Notes under the pieces: model-generated
Database searches by the model: none
Told to the model about the DNA's origin: nothing
What the model saw: the letters and a program-made list of their open reading frames with translations, nothing else
In this document: positions 31,593 to 40,736 of the stretch, in pieces
Position numbering within the stretch: the first letter of the stretch is position 1
Layout of the letters: each line of letters starts with the position of its first letter
Made by a program: the position numbers and the translations under genes
Assembly: GCA_019057385.1 (NCBI GenBank)
Contig: JAHQJS010000004.1
Coordinates: 598,408 to 662,407 of the forward strand
Direction: 5' to 3'
DNA from: Candidatus Borrarchaeum weybense
GTDB lineage: Archaea > Asgardarchaeota > Sifarchaeia > Borrarchaeales > Borrarchaeaceae
DNA: 64,000 bases

Positions 31593-32141
31593 TTATTTTA
31601 TATCAGAAAGTTCCAATACTCGCATCTTACATTTTAAAGACTCATCATATTCTCCTAAGAGCTTATATAATTCTGCTAAATTTTCCCATGTATGAATATC
31701 TGTATCATCCATGTCTAAGATCTTCAAAAAGTAGTCGATAGCCTCTTTTGCTTTTCCTATACGCGTATATAATATAGCTAAGTTGTTTAATGCGTCTTTA
31801 TTTGTTTCATCAGAAGTTAGTGCATTTTCTAAGTATTCCTGTGCCTTTGAATATTCTCCTAGTTGAATATATGCGACAGCAAGAGCATTTTGTATCTTTA
31901 AATTTCTTGAAATATATTTTCCTTCTTTTTCTGATGTAACTATGCTTAATGCGGTTTTTAGATGCTCAAGCGCTTGATTAAATTTTCTTATCTGAATGTA
32001 TGCTTTCCCTAAAGCCATCAACGCGTCTACATCGGAGGGATTCTCCTCAATTAATTTTCTATAGTGTTCTATCTTTTCTACACCCTCTTTAACGGCAAGG
32101 AGATCGATATTTAGTTCATTACCCTTGACAGAATTTTCCAA
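31593..32141 (-). CDS. TPR-repeat protein
   Basis: ALMALGKAY, NALAVAY, ALNNLAILY, WENLAELY repeats. Confidence 0.88.
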   Translation of the reverse strand: MENSVKGNELNIDLLAVKEGVEKIEHYRKLIEENPSDVDALMALGKAYIQIRKFNQALEHLKTALSIVTSEKEGKYISRNLKIQNALAVAYIQLGEYSKAQEYLENALTSDETNKDALNNLAILYTRIGKAKEAIDYFLKILDMDDTDIHTWENLAELYKLLGEYDESLKCKMRVLELSDIK

Positions 32142-32167
32142 GTTTCTCTCTTCCTTGAGTTTCAGTG

Positions 32168-32581
32168 TTACTTTTTCAAGGGTGTAGGCCCTAATGTGCG
32201 TAATTTTTCTGTAAATTCCTCTACAACATTTTTGAACTTCATACCTTCAGAAGCAGAAACCCATTCTAAACGAAGACGTTCTGGAGATATACCCATGAGT
32301 TCTAAAAATTTTTTAGTCTGTTCAACGCGTTCTTTTGCGCGTTCGTTTCCATTTTGATAATGGCAATCACCAATGTGACATCCACCTACCAAAACCCCAT
32401 CTACACCTCGATTGAAAGCGTCAAGAATGAACGACGGTTCTACTCGTCCAGAACACATTACGCGAATAATTCGAATATTTGGTGGATATTGAAATCGTGA
32501 AACTCCAGCTAAATCTGCTCCCGCATAGGAACACCAGTTACACAAAAAGGCTACTATCTGCGGTTCATAGGATTTACTCAT
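32168..32581 (-). CDS. mvhD: MvhD/FlpD [2Fe-2S] subunit, all-Cys form
   Basis: FLCNWCSYAGADLAG, RVMCSGRV, GCHIGDCHY, WVSASEG. Confidence 0.95.
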   Translation of the reverse strand: MSKSYEPQIVAFLCNWCSYAGADLAGVSRFQYPPNIRIIRVMCSGRVEPSFILDAFNRGVDGVLVGGCHIGDCHYQNGNERAKERVEQTKKFLELMGISPERLRLEWVSASEGMKFKNVVEEFTEKLRTLGPTPLKK

Positions 32582-32598
32582 CTTTTATCACCGAAGGA

Positions 32599-32628
32599 GA
32601 TTCCCTCCTAAAGGAAGGGGTAGTTGAC
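32599..32628 (+). repeat. Degenerate solo IS605-type right end (REP-like hairpin)
   Basis: TTCCCTCC-TAAA-GGAAGGGG-TAGTTGAC resembles the right ends at 28953-28984 and 63823-63855. Confidence 0.5.
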
Positions 32629-32769
32629 TTTATATTATCGCACGAGAAGGTTTCCCCAGTTTATAGGGGAGATGAATCGTACTACCTTTAAATAATTTTC
32701 CCGTATTTAAATACCTGTGTTTCGTTGTGAGCGTGATGTTTGGGGGGTATAGAAGCCAGTTCACTCATC

Positions 32770-35700
32770 TTAAGCCTCTTCGGATAAACAGGCTCTTACC
32801 ATATCCACTATTTGCTCTGTCGTAAAGTGTCTGTGAGATATTGCGTTTACTGGACACGCTGCCACGCAAGTTCCACACCCTTTACATGTTGCTTGGTTAA
32901 CGCGGCTTTTCCTCTCAATTAACTTAATATCTTCAAACTCTCTAACTATTTCGACAGGCTCGATGGCGTTATATGGGCAGATTGAAATACATGTCCCGCA
33001 TCCTATGCATCTATCTTCATCAATAACAGCTGTTGTACCAATCGTTTCTAAAGTTCCTCTGCTCAATAAAATACCTGCCCTTGAGGCCGCACCACTTGCT
33101 TGTGCTATTGCTTCCCCTACACTTTTAGGACCATGTGCAACTCCACATAGAAAGATTCCATCTGTAGCGAAATCAACTGGGCGCAGTTTCACGTGTGCTT
33201 CGAGGAAAAAGCCTCCTTCCTCTTCACTAACAAGTGGGACTTTCAGCTGCTTTGATAATTCCTTTGCATCCTCTTGGGCAATTAAGGGTGTGCTTAAAAC
33301 AATTAGGTCACTGTCTAAACAGAGTTTCGTGTTCGATACCGTATCGAAAACCTCTACATTTACTTTGTCATCCATAACATTTACAGATGGTGGTTTGTCT
33401 TCGGTATACCTTAAGAAAGTGATGTTCTGACCTCGTGCTTTGCGATAATATTCCTCTAGATTTTTCGCGGGCGTAACGATATCTCTGTTGCAGATATAGA
33501 TATTCGCATTTGGTAGTCGCTCACGAAGAAGCATTGCATTTTTTAGTGCCGCTGTACAACAAATTCTACTACAATACGTTCTGCCTTCCTTTTCTCGGGC
33601 ACCTACACATTGAATCGTCACAATGTTTTCTAAGTCGTCAATTTCTTCGTTTTTGAGGCGATTTTCTAGTTCTAACTGTGTGATAATATTACCGCTTTTT
33701 CCAAAAGCAAACATTCCTTCTGGTTCAAAAACCTGACCACCAGTTGCAACAACAATTACGCCGACTGTAATTTCTTTTGTATCAGATTTATTTTCTAAAA
33801 TTTCTACGTTGAAATTGCCTACATATCCTTCAATTGATTTAATCTCAGAATTCAAGAAGGTTTTAATATTAGGTTGTTCTTTTACTGCTTTAACCTTTTT
33901 CTGAATGATATCTTCCGCTAATTCATCTTTTGGCGCTATTTTATATAGGTCCTTAAGTAAACCTCCTAGCTCATTCTCCCGTTCAACAAGATATGTTTGA
34001 AAGCCTCGACTTGCGATATCTAAGGCGGCAGCCATACCGGAAACACCTCCACCGATGACTAACGCCTCTTGTTTGACGTCTATATATCTTACTTCAATTG
34101 GTTCGAAACGTCTTGCTTTTGAGGTGTACATCCGTACAAGGTCTTTTGCTTTCTGTGTCGCTTCGGTAGGTTGCTTCATATGAACCCATGAACACTGATC
34201 TCTGATGTTTACTAGTTCAAAAAGGAATGGATTGAGTCCCGCTTCTTCACACGTCTTCATAAATAATGCTTCATGTGTCCTTGGAGTGCATGATGCCACA
34301 ATTAATCTGTTCAAATCACGTTCCTTTATCATATCTTTCAAAACATTTTGAGCTTCAGATGAGCATGCATATCGGTTTTCAACAGCAACTTCTACGTTAG
34401 GAAGCGATTTTGCATATTCCACCACTTCAGGAACGTCCACCACACCACCAATATTGATACCACAATGACAGACCATAATACCGATCCGTGGTTCTTCATC
34501 TGGTTTTATTTCTCGAACAGGGGCAATACGGTCTTTCTCCTCAAGAACTCCTCTTTCAATACGTCCAAGAATTTTTCCTACCTTGGCAGCAGCACCACTT
34601 GCTTGGGCAACAGTATCAGGGATATCTTTTGGTCCTTGGGCAAGACCTGCGCTAAATATCCCAGGAACGCTTGTTTCATTGATTGCGTCCGCGCTTTTTT
34701 CTTTAATGAATCCATTCTTATCTGTTTCTATGCCAAGAATCTTTGCCAATTCTTGTGTGCCTGCTGATGGAATAAGAGCCGGGCATAATACAGCCATATC
34801 TACTTTTAACTCTTCTACTGCGTCTTTATTAAAATTATAAAGATATAACGTCAACTCATGAGTATCGAGATCTTCTTTGATATTACAAACTCTTCCACGA
34901 TTGTATGTTACCCCATATTCGTCGCGCGCTCTCATGGTATATTCATTAAATCCTTTACCATGTGCCCTTAAATCGATATAACAAATATGCTCTTCCATAT
35001 CAGGTTCATGTTCTTTAGTGATAATAGCCTGCTTTGTAGCATACATACAACACACTGCTGAGCAATATTCCTTTCTTCTTACGTCACGAGAACCGACGCA
35101 TTGAATCCACGCTATTTTTTTAGGCGGCTTTTGATCCGAAGGGCGTAATATATGTCCATGAGTTGGTCCTGAAGCACACATAATTCGTTCGTATTCTAAA
35201 CTTGTGACAACATTTGGATATGTACCATATCCGTATTCTGTCATGTCTGAAGGATCATAGACATCCAAGCCAGTAGCGACAATGATAGCACCTACATTAA
35301 GGTCTAGAATCTTTTCTTTTTGTTCAAAATCTATTGCGCCTTGGGTACATGCCTCTTGACATGGGGGTGTTTCTCCTTTCTTCCCGCATTGTCCTATTTT
35401 AAGATAAAGACATTTATTCTCATCAATGGTTGCGACTTGGGGGACTGCTTGTAAAAATGGGATATATACAGCTCCTCTCTTACCTATACCCACTTCAAAC
35501 TCGCTTGGAATTCTATCTTTAAGTCGACAAACAGCAATGCATTGCACACAGCCAGTGCATTTGCTTTCATCGATGTATCGTGGTTTTTTTCGAACTGTTA
35601 CTGTAAAATTGCCAGCAGCACCAGAAACCTCAGAAACCTCAGAATATGCGTGTAACTTGATATTTGGATGTCGTGCAACTTCTACCATTTTTGGCGCTAG

Positions 35701-35889
35701 TATACAAAGTGCACAATCACCTGTTGGGAATGTCTTGTCTAACTGTGACATTCGTCCACCGATGCTTGGCGTTCTTTCAACTAAATGAACAGTATAACCA
35801 TTATCAGCTAAATCTAAGGAGGCTTGCATTCCAGCAACTCCTCCGCCAATTACTAGCACTTCAGATACTTCAGATGCTTCCATCTTCAT
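32770..35889 (-). CDS. hdrA: Large HdrA-like flavoprotein with two FAD modules, all-Cys
   Basis: Two GGGxxG motifs, PTGDCALCILAPK, CHCGINIG, CSxxCC, C-terminal ferredoxin. Confidence 0.92.
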   Translation of the reverse strand: MKMEASEVSEVLVIGGGVAGMQASLDLADNGYTVHLVERTPSIGGRMSQLDKTFPTGDCALCILAPKMVEVARHPNIKLHAYSEVSEVSGAAGNFTVTVRKKPRYIDESKCTGCVQCIAVCRLKDRIPSEFEVGIGKRGAVYIPFLQAVPQVATIDENKCLYLKIGQCGKKGETPPCQEACTQGAIDFEQKEKILDLNVGAIIVATGLDVYDPSDMTEYGYGTYPNVVTSLEYERIMCASGPTHGHILRPSDQKPPKKIAWIQCVGSRDVRRKEYCSAVCCMYATKQAIITKEHEPDMEEHICYIDLRAHGKGFNEYTMRARDEYGVTYNRGRVCNIKEDLDTHELTLYLYNFNKDAVEELKVDMAVLCPALIPSAGTQELAKILGIETDKNGFIKEKSADAINETSVPGIFSAGLAQGPKDIPDTVAQASGAAAKVGKILGRIERGVLEEKDRIAPVREIKPDEEPRIGIMVCHCGINIGGVVDVPEVVEYAKSLPNVEVAVENRYACSSEAQNVLKDMIKERDLNRLIVASCTPRTHEALFMKTCEEAGLNPFLFELVNIRDQCSWVHMKQPTEATQKAKDLVRMYTSKARRFEPIEVRYIDVKQEALVIGGGVSGMAAALDIASRGFQTYLVERENELGGLLKDLYKIAPKDELAEDIIQKKVKAVKEQPNIKTFLNSEIKSIEGYVGNFNVEILENKSDTKEITVGVIVVATGGQVFEPEGMFAFGKSGNIITQLELENRLKNEEIDDLENIVTIQCVGAREKEGRTYCSRICCTAALKNAMLLRERLPNANIYICNRDIVTPAKNLEEYYRKARGQNITFLRYTEDKPPSVNVMDDKVNVEVFDTVSNTKLCLDSDLIVLSTPLIAQEDAKELSKQLKVPLVSEEEGGFFLEAHVKLRPVDFATDGIFLCGVAHGPKSVGEAIAQASGAASRAGILLSRGTLETIGTTAVIDEDRCIGCGTCISICPYNAIEPVEIVREFEDIKLIERKSRVNQATCKGCGTCVAACPVNAISHRHFTTEQIVDMVRACLSEEA

Positions 35890-36806
35890 TCACCTTGTTC
35901 AATTTTAGATAGAAATGTTTTAATTTTATCAGCAGGAACTCTATTGAATTGGAATCCAAGATCATCGAAAGTGTATCCAAGAGTTAAACCAAGAAGTTGT
36001 GGATAAAATAGTGCAGGGAGATCATACTTTGTCTTCAGTCTCCGTTCAATGTTTAATTGCTGTGTATCGAACATTTGTTCACAGAATGGACATATCATGA
36101 TTGTACAGTCGGCCCCTGCCGCTTTAGCACTGTCTAATTTTTCTTGCGCGAGTTTTACAGCCACATCTTCGTTTATTGCTAAAATCGGCCCACCACAGCA
36201 CTTTAGCTGGTATTCCCAATCGATTGCTTGCGCTCCAGTTATGTCTACTAGATCTTCCAGGATATGCGGTCGCTCAGGATCATCTACTTGCATAGCTTCT
36301 GATGGTTTAAGGCTGTGACATCCATAGAAGACGGCTGCTTTTAGACCATCAAAACGCATTGTCATTTTCTTTTCAATATTCTCAAGCCCATAATCATAAA
36401 GCATTTTAATGTAATGATTGACCTCGATGGTTCCCTTAAATTCCGGCAACTCACTTTCTGTTAAAACAGTATTTACGCGTACGCGTAATTGCTCATCATG
36501 TTTCAAATGATGATTTGCTTCTTTTAAGGCCCCAAAACATCCATTGCATAACGCTACAATATCCAAATTCATCTCTTCAGCGATTACTAAATTTTTAGCA
36601 GCCATTGAAATCCATGTATCGAAATCCACAGACCTTAAGAAAACTGGGCCACAGCAGCCTGCGCCCCTTTCCTGCATGTCCACAAATTCTATTTCTAATG
36701 CTTCTGCGCACTTTCGGGCACTCACATCATAATTATTATATCGTTTTGGAATAGTACATCCAAGGAACAAAGCATATCGATGGTTCTTGCTCATATTAAT
36801 CGGCAC
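35886..36806 (-). CDS. hdrB: Heterodisulfide reductase subunit B
   Basis: LGC, CCG (x2), CNGC, YGCH, CPFC. Confidence 0.92.
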   Translation of the reverse strand: MPINMSKNHRYALFLGCTIPKRYNNYDVSARKCAEALEIEFVDMQERGAGCCGPVFLRSVDFDTWISMAAKNLVIAEEMNLDIVALCNGCFGALKEANHHLKHDEQLRVRVNTVLTESELPEFKGTIEVNHYIKMLYDYGLENIEKKMTMRFDGLKAAVFYGCHSLKPSEAMQVDDPERPHILEDLVDITGAQAIDWEYQLKCCGGPILAINEDVAVKLAQEKLDSAKAAGADCTIMICPFCEQMFDTQQLNIERRLKTKYDLPALFYPQLLGLTLGYTFDDLGFQFNRVPADKIKTFLSKIEQGE

Positions 36807-37329
36807 CCTCTTCCTCGATTAAATCCGTCATTTTAGTTTTTTTGAAGAGTCTTCTAATTCCTTGAACATCCGCTTCATCTAATGTGGGTAGTCCTAAATC
36901 TTCTCTATCCTCATTTTCAAAATCAGATATTTCATCTATCCTACCCATCTCAAAGATATTTTTTATTAAGGTCTTGAAAGCATCAGGCATATCTTTTTCT
37001 CTGGTGGCAATATTTTTGATAGCAAACAACACACTCGAAAGGTTAACCCGTTGTGGGCACCTTTCTGTGCATCCAAAACACGTTGAACATATCCAGATCG
37101 CTTTGCTGTTTAAAACCTCTTCTCTGAAGCCCAATAATGATTTTTGGATTATTTGGTGCGGTAAGATATCAAATGCGTCTTGAACTGGACACGTTGCCGA
37201 ACATGTTCCGCATTGGTAACAATAAAATATCTGCTCTCCGTCAGGGTTTGCAGCAATTTCAAATTTGAAATTTGGGTCAAGTTGAGCGGTTTCAATGCAT
37301 ACCTTTTCAGTTTTTTCTTCATTTTCCAT
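36796..37329 (-). CDS. hdrC: Heterodisulfide reductase subunit C
   Basis: CYQCGTCSATCP and WICSTCFGCTERCP. Confidence 0.92.
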   Translation of the reverse strand: MENEEKTEKVCIETAQLDPNFKFEIAANPDGEQIFYCYQCGTCSATCPVQDAFDILPHQIIQKSLLGFREEVLNSKAIWICSTCFGCTERCPQRVNLSSVLFAIKNIATREKDMPDAFKTLIKNIFEMGRIDEISDFENEDREDLGLPTLDEADVQGIRRLFKKTKMTDLIEEEGAD

Positions 37330-37369
37330 AGGGTTTCCCTCTTTTTCCTCTCTTTCGTCAATTTCCTAT

Positions 37370-38587
37370 TTAAGTCTCGGATAACGTCTCTTTTAGCCCC
37401 ATAGCTTTAGCAACTATGTTTACAACATCGAATACTTTAAGTTGTATCTCTTGCTCTTCTTCATCCTCTCGTTTTTCATTAAGTAGGCAATTAAAGTGGA
37501 TTTGGCATTTCGGACAGGTAGTAACGAGTATTTCTGCCACATTTGCGGCTTCTGTTAATCGATCAGTTCGGATACCTTTAGTAAAATCATTACAACCCAT
37601 AAAAGCAGGGACGCCGCAACATAATGCCCTTTCTTTGTTTCGTTCCATTTCGATAAAACGCACCCCAACGTTTTCCATACTATTAAGAATCGTTCGTGGG
37701 GCATCATAAACTTTCATATACCGCCCTAATCGACAAGGATCATGGTAGGTTACGGTTATTTCGGGAGAAAATGACTGAGTAAATTCAACAGTCCCCTCAT
37801 CTATTTTTTGCGCGATTAATTCAGTTATATGGAGTACTTCCACCTTACCAAGATCAAAATACTTAGGATATTCTTTTTTAAGGGCCATATATCCTTCTGC
37901 GCAAGAAGTAATGACTCTTTTAGCACCACTAGCTTTAATTGTTTCAATATTTTGCTTAGCTAGGCTCTTAAAGACATCAACATCTCCTCGCCACAGTGCA
38001 TCGTGTCCACAACACTTTTCCTGGCGAAGAATTACTGGAGGTTCTTCAAACAAGGCGTCCAAAATTCTAAAAGTATCGTGGGCTATAGATAACGCATTAA
38101 AACCAATATCTTTTTTGAAATAATCATATGCATCAAAAAACGGGAGACATCCTATAAAATACGCCGTTTCCCCAGTCTCAGTGACTTCAACCCCAGGCGG
38201 TACCACAAAGTCTGGTAGATTTCTTTTAAGAGATTCGTTTGCCATCATTTTTTGAGAAAGTGAAAATTCGCCATGCGCTACTTCGCCATGAAGTGCTAAT
38301 TCCTGTACCATTTCAGCCCTAGCATCTTTCACCATTTCTGGAAAATTAATATTCTGAGGGCATTTTTCGTAGCAATAACTGCAGGTGAGACAAGTCCAAA
38401 GATGACCTTCCTTTAGAACTTTTTCCCTATCACCAAGTAGAAGCTCATAGATATAAAGGCTCGGCTGATACGCCTCAAGAAAATATCCTAGCGGACAACA
38501 ACCAGTACAGACACCGCACTGGTAACAACCTTTTACTATTTCTTTCAGGATTTTTTCATCTTCAGATGCCATCTTAGTCGATGTCAT
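37370..38587 (-). CDS. HdrD/GlpC-like Fe-S oxidoreductase (2x4Fe-4S + CCG domains)
   Basis: CYQCGVC, CLTCSYC, CCGH, YHDPCRLGR, CCG, CPKC. Confidence 0.88.
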   Translation of the reverse strand: MTSTKMASEDEKILKEIVKGCYQCGVCTGCCPLGYFLEAYQPSLYIYELLLGDREKVLKEGHLWTCLTCSYCYEKCPQNINFPEMVKDARAEMVQELALHGEVAHGEFSLSQKMMANESLKRNLPDFVVPPGVEVTETGETAYFIGCLPFFDAYDYFKKDIGFNALSIAHDTFRILDALFEEPPVILRQEKCCGHDALWRGDVDVFKSLAKQNIETIKASGAKRVITSCAEGYMALKKEYPKYFDLGKVEVLHITELIAQKIDEGTVEFTQSFSPEITVTYHDPCRLGRYMKVYDAPRTILNSMENVGVRFIEMERNKERALCCGVPAFMGCNDFTKGIRTDRLTEAANVAEILVTTCPKCQIHFNCLLNEKREDEEEQEIQLKVFDVVNIVAKAMGLKETLSET

Positions 38588-38618
38588 ATATTTAACCTTC
38601 GTAAGAATTTAGCTTTTT

Positions 38619-40130
38619 TCATTTACTTTTCTTCTGAGCCAACTCTTTAATTGAGAAGTAATAGTGTGGGGGTAAACCCGGCGATTTCTGATATTTCTCA
38701 ATCACAGCCTTTGCGTTTCGACTTTTCTTCCGCTTTGACAGTTTCTCAACTAATTCTACATTGATAGGCTTCTCATTAATCTTTAAATAGCCTTCTTTTA
38801 CTGCATTCTCAAAAATTTTCTCGCCTATGCCTGTTCGGACAACGGCAGTGGACCATCCTGCCCCCGCTCCAATCGAGCCAACTGAAATATCTGCCAATTC
38901 GGAAGTTAAATCTACACAATAATGACATGCTTCTCTTGCAAATTCTGCAACTTCAGCAATCGGTAATTCGATCGGGTCACCTTCAATCCTGTGGAGGAAA
39001 AATTTGCCTTTATTGATATCTGTCTTCTTCACATCACTTAGTTGAACTCCGCCCTTCTCTGCGATCTTTTTTACTCCTTCATAAGGGAAGCTTTCCATGC
39101 AAAATAGCCCGAAAATCGCGACTATCTCGCCAAAAGTATCCTTAAAGGTCTCGCCATAGTAACACTGGTATTTTCGCAAGGCTTGAAGCATGCAAGGTGT
39201 TCCAACTACGCATATTTTCTCGCATTCAGATTTTCGTACGGTGTCTAAAATTGATAGATTGGGAGACATTGCGTATTTAGTCCCTGCACATTTGACTAAT
39301 TCTGCAACATTTCTTACAATTCGCGGTTGTGGTTTCCATGGGTCATCTTCAAGTCCTACGACAATTGCTCCATCAATTTCCCCTTTTTCCAATAAGTAAG
39401 CGACTAATGACGTGACGACTCCACCATCTTGTTTTACCGTTTTTATGGTATCATCAGTGCATTGTGCCATTACGCATTTCTTATAACGTCCAATTGGTTC
39501 TTCTTTAAAGTGATCACGATTAATGATGTTGTTTCCTAAGCCTTTAAGCAGTCCTATCGGCAGGAAAGTCCTCGGACAATTTTCAAAGCAAAGTGAGCAG
39601 TGTATACATACGTCTTCATCGAGAATTGGTCCATCATCACTTACTGAAAGTGCATTTACTGGACAAACTGAGACGCATAATCCGCAGAAAGTACATAGGC
39701 GCGTTGCTAAAATGTTTTGTACTGATTGACCTACAGCAACGTCAGTTGGCGGAAGTAGGCTTAATCTAAGTAATTCATCTTCAACGATTTCGGAAATTCT
39801 TGTTCTGAAGACCAGCTCATCTTTGGTAGATATGCTTTCAACTTTTCCCTCCGATTCTAGATGTAAAAGATGTGAATAGACGTCAAATTCTTCTAAGTCC
39901 AATTCGTTTGCCAATCGAGAAATAGAAACTCCGTCTTTAAGGGCTAACTTAGATAAGATTAATTGTCTTCTTAAATCGTCTTCAAACACTTGATCTTCAA
40001 TATAGTGAATCATGTTAATATCAAGTTTGCCCTTTTTTATAATCTCCTCTTCATTCTCTAGAAGAACTTTCGTTCTAAAGTTCTCTGCGGTATCTACAAT
40101 TGCATTCAATTTTTCCTTCAGTTCAACCAA
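38619..40130 (-). CDS. N-terminal winged helix + ferredoxin + F420-binding FrhB-family protein
   Basis: wHTH (VSISRLANELDL..VYSHLLHLESEGKV), 2x CxxCxxC, QDGGVVT, GTKY, VGTPC, GLFCMESF, CHYC, DISVGS. Confidence 0.85.
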   Translation of the reverse strand: MVELKEKLNAIVDTAENFRTKVLLENEEEIIKKGKLDINMIHYIEDQVFEDDLRRQLILSKLALKDGVSISRLANELDLEEFDVYSHLLHLESEGKVESISTKDELVFRTRISEIVEDELLRLSLLPPTDVAVGQSVQNILATRLCTFCGLCVSVCPVNALSVSDDGPILDEDVCIHCSLCFENCPRTFLPIGLLKGLGNNIINRDHFKEEPIGRYKKCVMAQCTDDTIKTVKQDGGVVTSLVAYLLEKGEIDGAIVVGLEDDPWKPQPRIVRNVAELVKCAGTKYAMSPNLSILDTVRKSECEKICVVGTPCMLQALRKYQCYYGETFKDTFGEIVAIFGLFCMESFPYEGVKKIAEKGGVQLSDVKKTDINKGKFFLHRIEGDPIELPIAEVAEFAREACHYCVDLTSELADISVGSIGAGAGWSTAVVRTGIGEKIFENAVKEGYLKINEKPINVELVEKLSKRKKSRNAKAVIEKYQKSPGLPPHYYFSIKELAQKKSK

Positions 40131-40159
40131 ATTCTAAACGCCCCTTTGCATTCTAAGGG

Positions 40160-40203
40160 TTGTCTTCTTGAAACCACAATGTTTACGTTTCAAGAGTCAT
40201 TCA
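40160..40203 (-). promoter_or_regulatory. Eukaryote-like SECIS element of mvhD(Sec), overlapping its stop codon
   Basis: AUGA-c-UCUUGAAAC-guAAAcauugug-GUUUCAAGA-a-GA: tandem GA core, 9-bp helix, AAA in the apical loop. Confidence 0.75.
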
Positions 40204-40607
40204 GTTTTTAATGGATTTGGTCCAAGCTTTTCGACTTTCTTGAGGGTATCCTCTACAGCTGCCACAAATCTACCTGCTTCTGCAGCAGACAGGAAGTACA
40301 TATTGACTCGGTTTTCGCCGAGACCATGTCGTTTGAGGATTCGTTTTACAAAGTTGACGTTTCTATCTGCCTTCAAATTTCCGTCAGGAAATTCACATTC
40401 ACCCTTGTGACATCCAACTACCATAACACCATCAGCGCCCTGCCGAATGGCGTGAAGAAGATGTCCTGCGTTGATTCGTCCAGTGCAACGAATCCTTACA
40501 ATATTTATGTTTGGTGGGTACTTCATGCGACATGTGCCAGCTAAATCGGCTGCAGGGTAACCTCATTTGTCGCAAGCAAGAGCAACTATGTTATAATTGT
40601 CATCCAT
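40197..40607 (-). CDS. mvhD: Selenocysteine-containing MvhD (136 aa, Sec15)
   Basis: ATG at 40607 after GGAG: MDDNYNIVALACDK-U-GYPAADLAG. TGA at 40563-40565 aligns with the second Cys of CNWC in the paralog; length matches the 137-aa paralog. Confidence 0.92.
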
Positions 40608-40679
40608 AGGCTCGATCTCCACTCATGAAATTATATTATGATTTTATTTTTGATGTGTGCACCCTTCGGTTGCAACCTA

Positions 40680-40727
40680 ACTGCTTCTATGAAGGCATAA
40701 CTTTTTTCCATTCATGATCCTTGCAGT
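40680..40727 (-). promoter_or_regulatory. Candidate SECIS element of hdrA(Sec), GGA-core variant
   Basis: ACUGC-aa-GGA-ucAUGAAuGG-AAAAAAguuaug-CCUUCAU-a-GA-a-GCAGU, starting about 10 nt after the stop. Confidence 0.6.
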
Positions 40728-40736
40728 ATATGGATG

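Noticed and set aside
32629-32769. SECIS after the large hdrA (hairpin near 32642-32680)
   Set aside because: That gene has no in-frame UGA and the hairpin lacks a convincing tandem-GA core.
32770-38587. Evidence of methanogenesis
   Set aside because: Hdr/Mvh/FrhB modules are widespread in non-methanogens; no mcr or mtr genes here.
40134-40136. In-frame TAG as pyrrolysine read-through fusing MvhD to FrhB
   Set aside because: No pyl genes in the window, TAG is an ordinary stop in other genes here, and the spacer peptide is not recognisable.
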